A stretch of DNA of 64,000 nt from the NCBI GenBank assembly GCA_017882305.1, contig JADGPU010000005.1, forward strand, positions 3,797 to 67,796, given 5' to 3'. Shown here piece by piece: positions 56,666 through 64,000 of this stretch. The stretch is from Bacteroidales bacterium. GTDB taxonomy: Bacteria > Bacteroidota > Bacteroidia > Bacteroidales > VadinHA17. Made by a program: the position numbers and the translations under genes. Position 1 is the first letter of the stretch; each line of letters opens with the position of its first letter. The notes below the pieces were generated by a model. The model was given only the letters and a program-made list of their open reading frames with translations. It made no database searches and had not been told where the DNA came from.

Positions 56666-56696
56666 ATTATATTTGTTCACAAAATCGGTAGACATT

Positions 56697-57818
56697 ATGA
56701 GACTTGTGCTTTCACTTTCATTTTTCCTGTTGTTTCTGGTAGATTCACTTTCACAATCAACAAATGACATCCTGAACCTGCTAATCTCAAATAAAACAAT
56801 TAGTCAGATCCAGGCTGATTCGGTCAGAGCCCAAGCAGCATTGCTTCAGCAACAAACTGATGCTTCACGTAAATCATTTTTTATAACTGCAACAAGGCAG
56901 ATACAGCTTACCGGATACTCTCAAGTAAGATATCAGACCTTTCAGGAGTCCGGTAAACATAATAGTTTCGACATTCGTCGTGCCAGAGTTGATTTAAAGG
57001 GTTCTGTAACACCATTTTTCTCTTACAGGTTGCAGGCTGATTTGGTCGATAAACCAAAAATTATAGATGCATATGGCGAGATAAAACTGGCCGACTACTT
57101 TTCACTTACAGCCGGTCAGTTTAAAATTCCTTTTTCAATGGAGAATCTAACATCTTCAAATAAGCTTGAAATGATAGATCGTTCACAGGTTGTTGAAGCT
57201 ATGGTCGCACGTAGCAAGGATGTAATAGGAAACCAGAACGGACGCGACATCGGCATTCAGGCAGGTGGAACATTCCTAAAAGTCAAAGATATTCCTGTTA
57301 TTGAATATAGGTTAGGGGTCTTTAATGGTTCCGGAATAAATGTTGCAGATACTGCCAATAATGAGAAAGATATTACCGGACGTCTCATTTTCACCCCAAT
57401 AAAAGGTTTGTCATTTGGAGGAGGATTTTATAAAGGTTGGGATAAGGCCATAAAACCTGATGTACCCGGCAAAAGTCAGACCAGAAACAGGTTCGGTGCC
57501 GAATTCTGTTATGTTTTGTCGCGGTTTTCTTTAAAAGGTGAATACATCGCAGGAAAAGATGGCAAGACAAGCAGAGCAGGTTGGTACGTTCAATCCGGAT
57601 ATTTTGTAATTCCTCAGAAATTTCAGGTTCTAGGTAAATATGACTCTTATGATCCTAATACATCAACTTCTGACAACATTTCTACAAACTATGTAATTGG
57701 GGCAAATTACAATTTTAACAACTGGTCGCGCTTACAGGCATTTTACACTATCCGTCAGGAAGAGGGTACTGCAATAAAAAATAATTTTCTTTCTGTTCAA
57801 TACCAGATCGGTTTCTGA
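56697..57818 (+). CDS. Phosphate-selective porin O/P-family anion porin
   Basis: Start moved to ATG 56697 (signal MRLVLSLSFFLLFLVDSLSQ). FDIRRARVDLKG, alternating beta-strand pattern, terminal YQIGF. Confidence 0.7.
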   Translation: MRLVLSLSFFLLFLVDSLSQSTNDILNLLISNKTISQIQADSVRAQAALLQQQTDASRKSFFITATRQIQLTGYSQVRYQTFQESGKHNSFDIRRARVDLKGSVTPFFSYRLQADLVDKPKIIDAYGEIKLADYFSLTAGQFKIPFSMENLTSSNKLEMIDRSQVVEAMVARSKDVIGNQNGRDIGIQAGGTFLKVKDIPVIEYRLGVFNGSGINVADTANNEKDITGRLIFTPIKGLSFGGGFYKGWDKAIKPDVPGKSQTRNRFGAEFCYVLSRFSLKGEYIAGKDGKTSRAGWYVQSGYFVIPQKFQVLGKYDSYDPNTSTSDNISTNYVIGANYNFNNWSRLQAFYTIRQEEGTAIKNNFLSVQYQIGF

Positions 57819-57836
57819 TAATTTAAAAGATATAAA

Positions 57837-58790
57837 ATGAAAATATTAATCAAGTCCTTTTTAATCATCGCTATTCTTTTTTCCTCCTTAACAGTTCCAA
57901 AATCTTATAGCCAGGAAAAGAGTTCAGGGCAGATAAGTATCTCCGGCGCCTTTGCACTCTATCCGATGGTAATAAGGTGGGCAGATGAATACAAAAAAAT
58001 TAATCCCGGAGTGCGATTTGATATATCAGCCGGTGGCGCAGGTAAGGGTATTTCAGATGCTCTTAACGGAATGGTTGAAATAGGTATGGTATCACGTGAA
58101 ATATACCCTGAAGAACTTAAAAAGGGTGCTTTCCCGATTGCAGTTACAAAAGATGCGGTTGTTGCAGTTGTAAGTGAGTCTAATCCTGTGCTTAACGACA
58201 TTATGACAAAGGGATTAAAGAAAGATGCCGGAAATAATATCTGGATAACGGGCAGATATACAACCTGGACACAGGCATTTGGGACAAAATCATCTTCTCC
58301 TATCCATATTTATACGCGATCTGATGCGTGCGGCGCTGCCGAGATGTGGGCTAAATATTTTGGTAAGAAACAAGAAGATCTGTTAGGTGTCGGAGTGTTT
58401 GGGGACCCCGGATTGGCTCAGGCTGTTAAAAAAGATCCCCTTGGAATAGGATATAATAATATTGGCTACGCCTATGATGCCACAACCAGGCAGCAGATTA
58501 AAGGGCTGAAAGTTGTTCCTATCGATCTGAATAATAATGGGAAGATTGATAGTGATGAGGATTTTTATAATTCGATGAATGATTTAATTGCTGCTATAGC
58601 TTCCGGAAAATATCCCTCTCCGCCTTCCAGGGAATTATTTTTCGTCATGAAAGGAAGTCCAAAAAATAGTAAGGTACTGACTGACTTTATCAGATGGGTA
58701 CTGACTGATGGACAAAAATATGTTAATGAAGCAGGCTATATATCTCTTCCAAAAGAAAGGATTGAATCGGAACAAAAGAAACTACAATAA
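57837..58790 (+). CDS. pstS: PstS-family ABC substrate-binding protein
   Basis: Signal peptide. ISISGAFALYPMV..ISAGGAGKGISDALNGMVEIGMVSRE. Confidence 0.8.
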   Translation: MKILIKSFLIIAILFSSLTVPKSYSQEKSSGQISISGAFALYPMVIRWADEYKKINPGVRFDISAGGAGKGISDALNGMVEIGMVSREIYPEELKKGAFPIAVTKDAVVAVVSESNPVLNDIMTKGLKKDAGNNIWITGRYTTWTQAFGTKSSSPIHIYTRSDACGAAEMWAKYFGKKQEDLLGVGVFGDPGLAQAVKKDPLGIGYNNIGYAYDATTRQQIKGLKVVPIDLNNNGKIDSDEDFYNSMNDLIAAIASGKYPSPPSRELFFVMKGSPKNSKVLTDFIRWVLTDGQKYVNEAGYISLPKERIESEQKKLQ

Positions 58791-58796
58791 ATTAAA

Positions 58797-59696
58797 ATGC
58801 GCCGCCTGAGAGCTGCTAAAGACAAGATTGCCCGGTATTTAATGCTGGGCATTGCCATTTTTACGATACTTTTTCTCCTCGTTATCGGGTTAAGCCTGTT
58901 TTTCAAAGCTTTACCAATAATGAGGGCGAAAAACCTGTGGGTATTGCTTTCCTCCGCAAACTGGAAACCATTCAAGGGGGATTTCGGTTTTCTCCCATTT
59001 ATACTCAGCACTTTCTACGTTTCGCTTATAGCCATAATTATTGCTCTGCCGTTTTCCATTCTTACAAGTATTTATCTCAATTCTTATGCATCAAAGAATG
59101 TTAGACGTTTTTTTGAACCGGTTGTAGACCTGCTTTCAGGCATTCCTCCGATAATATACGGTGTATGGGGAACATTAACGATCGTTCCGTTAATAGCCAA
59201 TAAGATAGCTCCCAGATTTGTGGAGTTTTCTACCGGTTATACAGTTCTTGCAGGAGGTATTGTCCTTGCAGTCATGATCATCCCTCTGTTGATAAGTATT
59301 ACGCTGGAAGTATTTCGTTCTATTCCAAAAGAGATGACCGATGCTTCGTTGTCTATGGGAGCAACCAAATGGCAGACAGTTAAGAAAGTTATTCTGAGGA
59401 AATCAATATCAGGGATTATTGCCGCAACCGTGCTGGCTTTATCAAGAGCCTTTGGTGAAACAATGGCTGTTTTAATGGTTTGTGGTAACATAACACAACT
59501 TCCACATTCAATTTTTGATGCCTGTTATCCGCTCCCGGCATTAATTGCAAATAATTATGGAGAGATGCTCTCAATGCCAAATTATGAATCAGCCCTGATG
59601 TTCTCAGCTTTCCTCCTGTTCATTATTGTGGTCTTATTTAACGGTATTTCGAGATTTACACTGAATCAAATTGAAAGAAGATATCAATTCTCATAA
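58797..59696 (+). CDS. pstC: Phosphate-type ABC transporter permease
   Basis: Six-TM profile. EAA-like loop SLSMGATKWQTVKKVILR. Confidence 0.85.
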   Translation: MRRLRAAKDKIARYLMLGIAIFTILFLLVIGLSLFFKALPIMRAKNLWVLLSSANWKPFKGDFGFLPFILSTFYVSLIAIIIALPFSILTSIYLNSYASKNVRRFFEPVVDLLSGIPPIIYGVWGTLTIVPLIANKIAPRFVEFSTGYTVLAGGIVLAVMIIPLLISITLEVFRSIPKEMTDASLSMGATKWQTVKKVILRKSISGIIAATVLALSRAFGETMAVLMVCGNITQLPHSIFDACYPLPALIANNYGEMLSMPNYESALMFSAFLLFIIVVLFNGISRFTLNQIERRYQFS

Positions 59697-59721
59697 CCAA
59701 TAATATGATTTACAGTTGATT

Positions 59722-60561
59722 ATGAAACAACTAGAAGAAAAAATATTTAAGATAATCATGATCTGCTCTGCAATGATCATCCTTGGCGTTCTTGTTTATA
59801 TAATTGCTACCGTTTTTTACAGAGGTCTACCCGCTCTTACGCTCGACATGATAACAAAACTTCCCGGAGGTGGATTTTATCTAGGGAAGGAAGGAGGAGT
59901 ATTAAATGCAATTGTGGGTTCCATATATATAATAATCGGATCACTTGCGATCAGTATGTTTATTAGTGTACCACTTGTGATGTACATTAATTTTTATCTT
60001 CCAGCAAAGTCAGTTTTTTCATCCCTCATCCGGTTTTCACTAGACATTCTTTTCGGAATACCATCAATAGTCTATGGAGCCTTCGGTTTTGCTCTTATGA
60101 TCTTCCTTGGAGTGCGGGCATCACTACTAGGAGGAATACTGACAGTTGCTATGCTCATAATGCCTATTATGATGAGATCCTTTGATGAAATAACCAGGCT
60201 GTTGTCCCGTGAACTGCCAGATGCCTTATTATCCCTTGGTGCAACAAAATATGAGATGGTAAAAGTCATACTAAGGCAACTTATGCCCGGATTAGTGACA
60301 GCCATTTTGCTTGCTATCGGCAGAGGCATCGGAGATGCAGCTACCGTTCTGTTTACGGCAGGATATACTGACAATATACCAAATTCACTTAATCAACCTG
60401 CTGCAACTTTGCCTCTTTCAATTTTCTTTCAACTTGGAAGTCCTGTTGAAGAAGTACAGAACCGTGCTTACGCTTCAGCAATAATCCTTACTGTAATTAT
60501 ACTTATACTGAGTTTTTCGGCACGATATTTCAGTTCAAAATTTTCAAAAAATAAGATATGA
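59722..60561 (+). CDS. pstA: Phosphate-type ABC transporter permease
   Basis: Start moved to ATG 59722. LLSLGATKYEMVKVILRQ loop. Confidence 0.85.
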   Translation: MKQLEEKIFKIIMICSAMIILGVLVYIIATVFYRGLPALTLDMITKLPGGGFYLGKEGGVLNAIVGSIYIIIGSLAISMFISVPLVMYINFYLPAKSVFSSLIRFSLDILFGIPSIVYGAFGFALMIFLGVRASLLGGILTVAMLIMPIMMRSFDEITRLLSRELPDALLSLGATKYEMVKVILRQLMPGLVTAILLAIGRGIGDAATVLFTAGYTDNIPNSLNQPAATLPLSIFFQLGSPVEEVQNRAYASAIILTVIILILSFSARYFSSKFSKNKI

Positions 60562-61400
60562 TCTCAACAAATCAATTTCTGGCAAAAAGCGACCATAATT
60601 CATTTATTGGAATGAATGAGCCTATCATTTTAAAAAAACTGGTCACTAATCAGTCGATAAGAATCGAAAACCTCGATGTATATATTGAGAATCAGCATAT
60701 TCTAAAGGATATGAACCTTACAATTCCTGAAAAAAGCATCACCTGCATTATCGGGCCGTCGGGATGCGGCAAGTCAACTTTCCTGAAAACGCTGAACCGG
60801 ATGCATGATGAATCGCCTGAAGTAAAGATCAGTGGCAAAGTATTTGTCGACGATGAGAATATTTATGGTCCGCACGTGAATGTGATTGATACCCGGAAAA
60901 AGATGGGTTTACTGGCTCAGCGACCATGTCCCCTGCCAATGTCGATATTTGAAAATGTTGCATATGGACCTCGGATACATGGGATAAAGAAAAGGAAAGC
61001 AGTAAATCAGACCGTAATCCAATATCTGCAGTATGTTGGTCTGTGGGATGAAGTCAGGGACAGAGTTCGAACATCTGCTACCCGATTATCCATCGGACAG
61101 CAACAGAGGTTATGTCTTGCCAGAGGGCTGGCAATAGAGCCTGAATATATTCTTGGAGATGAGGCAACTTCTGCACTGGATCCGCTTTCAACAAAAAAAA
61201 TTGAAGAGCTTTTTGTAAAACTGAAAGAAAAATATACCATCATCCTTGTTACTCACACGCTAAGACAGGCTAAACGAATCGCCGACCATATAATATTTAT
61301 GTACCTGGGTAAAATAATAGAAGCTGGACCAACTGAAGAGTTCTTTAATAATCCCAAAAAACAATTAACAAGGGATTATCTCTCCGGGAGTTTCAGTTAG
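60558..61400 (+). CDS. pstB: Phosphate-type ABC transporter ATPase
   Basis: ATGA overlap with pstA. IGPSGCGKSTFLKTLNRM, QQQRLCLARG (PstB hallmark). Atypical LSIGQ and GDEATSALD. Confidence 0.9.
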   Translation: MISTNQFLAKSDHNSFIGMNEPIILKKLVTNQSIRIENLDVYIENQHILKDMNLTIPEKSITCIIGPSGCGKSTFLKTLNRMHDESPEVKISGKVFVDDENIYGPHVNVIDTRKKMGLLAQRPCPLPMSIFENVAYGPRIHGIKKRKAVNQTVIQYLQYVGLWDEVRDRVRTSATRLSIGQQQRLCLARGLAIEPEYILGDEATSALDPLSTKKIEELFVKLKEKYTIILVTHTLRQAKRIADHIIFMYLGKIIEAGPTEEFFNNPKKQLTRDYLSGSFS

Positions 61401-61448
61401 TCGATTTGACCTGACCATTTTTGAGAAAAAGAAAATAATTAAGATGAT

Positions 61449-62144
61449 ATGCAAATACAGGATTTAAAAAATCAACTTAACGGGATTTCAATAGAGCATC
61501 AGTTAAATAAGCTGGTTTCTCTGTTCCCGGAAAAGATTATATTTACTACAAGTCTGGGAATTGAAGATCAGGTCATAACCCATAAAATATTCAAAAACAA
61601 CCTGGCTATTAAAATAGCGACACTCGACACCGGCAGGCTATTTCCTCAGACATATGATGTTCTCTCCAATACAGTAATCAGGTATAACAAAACAATAGAT
61701 ATCTATTTTCCTGAATATGAAGCTGTTGAAAAAATGGTAACAGAAAAGGGGCCACTTAGTTTTTACCAGTCAGTAGAGAATAGGAAAGAGTGTTGCAGAC
61801 TTAGAAAAGTCGTTCCCTTAAACAGGGCTCTGGCAGGCGTGAAGTGCTGGATATCCGGGATCAGGGCAGATCAGTCAGATGACCGTAACCAGATGGATTG
61901 GCTGGAATATGATGAGGCCAAAAATCTTTATAAATTTTATCCTCTTTTTAACTGGTCATTTGATGAGGTAAAGAACTTTATAAAAGAAAATAATGTCCCA
62001 TACAATTCACTGCACGACAAAGGATATGTCAGCATCGGATGTGAACCATGTACCAGGGCTGTAAAACCAGGTGGAGATTTCCGATCAGGAAGATGGTGGT
62101 GGGAGAACGACGGAGCAAAAGAATGTGGTTTACATATTAAATAA
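61449..62144 (+). CDS. cysH: Adenylyl-/phosphoadenylyl-sulfate reductase (Fe-S type CysH)
   Basis: C-terminal KECGLH signature. A CC pair (KECCRLRK) plus CEPC, typical of the Fe-S (APS-preferring) subclass. Confidence 0.9.
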   Translation: MQIQDLKNQLNGISIEHQLNKLVSLFPEKIIFTTSLGIEDQVITHKIFKNNLAIKIATLDTGRLFPQTYDVLSNTVIRYNKTIDIYFPEYEAVEKMVTEKGPLSFYQSVENRKECCRLRKVVPLNRALAGVKCWISGIRADQSDDRNQMDWLEYDEAKNLYKFYPLFNWSFDEVKNFIKENNVPYNSLHDKGYVSIGCEPCTRAVKPGGDFRSGRWWWENDGAKECGLHIK

Positions 62145-62287
62145 AGGCTAAGGCTAAGGCTAAGGCAAAAGGAAGGAAAGTTGCTGGTTACTCGTTGCTG
62201 GTCGCTGGTTTTGATCTCCAAATAGCAACAAGCAACAAGCAACAAGCAACAAGCAACAAGCAACAAGTAACGAGCAACAAGCAACAA
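62144..62287. repeat. Three consecutive word arrays after cysH
   Basis: AAGGCT x3 or more (62144-62169). GTTGCTG GTTACTC GTTGCTG GTCGCTG GTTTTGA (62180-62214). GCAACAA x6, GTAACGA, GCAACAA x2 (62225-62287). Confidence 0.9.
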
Positions 62288-62300
62288 AAAAAGCAATGAA

Positions 62301-63206
62301 ATGAAAAACATAAATGACGAACATCTTAAAGAACTTGAAGCTGAAGCGATCTTTGTTATGCGGGAGGTCGCTGCTCAGTTTGAGAACAAAGTATTATTGT
62401 TTTCAGGAGGAAAGGATTCGATTGTGCTTGTACATCTTGCAAGGAAAGCATTCTGGCCTGCCAGGATACCATTTAGTCTGATGCATATCGATACCGGTCA
62501 CAATTTTGAAGAGACCTTAAAGTTCCGCGATGATCTTGCAAAAGAATTCGGGGCAGAACTTCTTGTCAGGTATGTTCAGGATTCAATAAATATCGGAAGA
62601 GTGGTTGAAGAACAGGGTGTTAATGCAAGCCGTAACAAAGCACAGTCAATTACCCTTCTGGATGCCATCGAAGAACTCAAAATCGATGTGGCAATTGGAG
62701 GCGGCCGGCGTGACGAGGAGAAGGCCCGGGCTAAAGAGAGGTTTTTCTCACATAGAAATGAATTTGGTCAATGGGACCCTAAGAACCAGCGTCCTGAACT
62801 TTGGAACATATTTAACGGCCGGAAGCATTCCGGAGAACATTTCAGAGTATTCCCGATAAGCAACTGGACTGAATTGGATGTCTGGCAATATATTCTGAAT
62901 GAAAATATTAAACTTCCTGAATTGTACTATACCCATAAACGAAAGATATTCAGTCGTAATGGCGTTTATCTGGCCTGGGCCCCTTTCATGCAGCTTAAAC
63001 CAAGTGAACATGTATTTGAGTCTGATGTGCGTTGCCGGACAATCGGAGATATAACCTGTACAGGGGTAACACTCTCGAAGGCAGAATCACTTGAAGAAAT
63101 AATATCCGAAATAGCAGCCACGAGAGTCACTGAAAGAGGGGGAAGATACGATGATAAAAGATCAGAAGCAGCGATGGAGGACCGGAAGAAGGAAGGCTAT
63201 TTCTGA
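62301..63206 (+). CDS. cysD: Sulfate adenylyltransferase subunit 2
   Basis: HLKELEAEAIFVMREV..LFSGGKDS..HIDTGHNF..RGGRYDDK. Confidence 0.92.
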   Translation: MKNINDEHLKELEAEAIFVMREVAAQFENKVLLFSGGKDSIVLVHLARKAFWPARIPFSLMHIDTGHNFEETLKFRDDLAKEFGAELLVRYVQDSINIGRVVEEQGVNASRNKAQSITLLDAIEELKIDVAIGGGRRDEEKARAKERFFSHRNEFGQWDPKNQRPELWNIFNGRKHSGEHFRVFPISNWTELDVWQYILNENIKLPELYYTHKRKIFSRNGVYLAWAPFMQLKPSEHVFESDVRCRTIGDITCTGVTLSKAESLEEIISEIAATRVTERGGRYDDKRSEAAMEDRKKEGYF

Positions 63207-63208
63207 TT

Positions 63209-63262
63209 AAGACAAAAGATAAAAGTAAAAAGACAAAAGTAGGTACATGCCGTGGCATGTCC
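63209..63262 (+). repeat. AAGAYAA heptad element copy 3, fused to an ACATGCC-GT-GGCATGT palindrome
   Basis: AAGACAA AAGATAA AAGTAAA AAGACAA AAGTAGG, then GGTACATGCCGTGGCATGTCC. Lies between cysD and cysN. Confidence 0.85.
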
Positions 63263-63286
63263 ATTGTTCATAACAAGTCGCTTTAA

Positions 63287-64000
63287 ATGAAAATAAACGG
63301 AAAGCCTGAGAATAAGAGTCTGCTGAGATTCACAACAGCAGGCAGTGTTGATGACGGGAAAAGCACGCTGATCGGACGGCTTCTTTATGACAGTAAATCG
63401 ATCTTCGAGGACCAGATGGAGCATATTGTCCAATCAGGAAAACGATTGGGAAGACAAGATCTTGATTTGTCTCTTCTTACTGATGGTTTGAGAGCTGAAA
63501 GGGAACAGGGTATAACAATTGACGTGGCTTACAGATACTTCGCAACTCCTGCCAGAAAGTTTATAATAGCCGACACTCCGGGACACCTTCAATATACTCG
63601 GAACATGGTTACAGGTGCCAGTACTGCTGATCTTGCCGTAATACTAATCGATGCCCGTAAAGGTGTCCTGGAACAGACTGTAAGGCACACATATATAGCC
63701 TCTTTACTTGATATTCGACATATAATATTCTGTATCAACAAGATGGATATGATCAACTATTCCGAGACTGTTTTCCGGAATATCAGGGTTGACATTGAAA
63801 GACTTGTAAAAAAACTGGAGATTGAGGATTCACATTACATTCCAATCAGTGCTAAGTATGGCGATAACGTGGTCGACTATTCGGAGAATATGAATTGGTA
63901 TACCGGGAAAACCTTTCTGAATCTGATAGAAACTATTGAAATCAGTAAAAATAAAAATACTGATAATCAGCGTTTCCCGGTCCAGACAATTATCAGGCCA
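63287..64000 (+). CDS. cysN: Sulfate adenylyltransferase subunit 1 (GTPase), 5' part; continues past window end
   Basis: Not in the ORF track because it is open at the edge. Own translation from ATG 63287: [63 protein letters not shown]. Confidence 0.9.
   Translation, partial: MKINGKPENKSLLRFTTAGSVDDGKSTLIGRLLYDSKSIFEDQMEHIVQSGKRLGRQDLDLSLLTDGLRAEREQGITIDVAYRYFATPARKFIIADTPGHLQYTRNMVTGASTADLAVILIDARKGVLEQTVRHTYIASLLDIRHIIFCINKMDMINYSETVFRNIRVDIERLVKKLEIEDSHYIPISAKYGDNVVDYSENMNWYTGKTFLNLIETIEISKNKNTDNQRFPVQTIIRP

Noticed and set aside
1-64000. Searched for tRNA, rRNA, prophage, integrase, transposase, toxin-antitoxin, retron/DGR reverse transcriptase and cas genes.
   Set aside because: None was recognisable by eye in any ORF or spacer. 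Small structured RNAs other than the repeat elements cannot be excluded without covariance-model searches.

Overview
AT-rich chromosomal segment of a Bacteroidota-type genome. The assignment rests on a SusC-like receptor, many lipoprotein signal peptides, pectin/hexuronate genes, and TTTG-type promoter words. I support 55 protein-coding genes, two of them open at the window edges and missing from the ORF track: a SusC-like N-terminus at 1-468(-) and cysN at 63287-64000(+). I saw no rRNA or tRNA and no transposase, integrase, phage or cas genes, so this is not an obvious mobile or defence island.

Gene blocks, in order:
1. OmpR-type two-component system (1020-3069).
2. A 15.8 kb co-directional block of exported FG-GAP/VCBS + ASPIC/UnbV (CRTAC1-like) paralogues, CXXCH haem/beta-propeller proteins, a RidA-like protein, DAHP synthase and two orphan binding proteins (3718-19529). 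It is followed by an overlapping Asn-synthetase-like + radical-SAM pair (19623-21900).
3. truA, a split YeeE/YedE pair and rhodanese-domain proteins (22019-26380).
4. A pectin/hexuronate locus (29781-48470) with kduI, uxaC, GH5/GH105/GH35, a UxaE-like epimerase, a YjmF-type SDR, a LarA-like protein, gnd, an unusual PfkA-family kinase, HAD, MFS and LacI.
5. Housekeeping genes (MsbA-like ABC exporter, purB, mqnA).
6. An Rrf2 regulator divergent from porin-pstSCAB-cysH-cysD-cysN (56162-64000).

The strongest signal not explained by genes is in the intergenic DNA. Nearly every spacer is built from 6-9 nt (mostly 7 nt) tandem word arrays. Many start in or right at a stop codon, and several form two opposed quasi-complementary arms. 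At least five small repeat families recur within the window.

The best gene-level candidates for undescribed biology are the exported CRTAC1/haem cluster, the AsnB-like/radical-SAM pair, a possible hexuronate-to-gluconate-to-pentose-phosphate route, and a Pst-type transporter embedded in a sulfate-assimilation operon. All functional calls come from reading motifs by eye. No database search was run.
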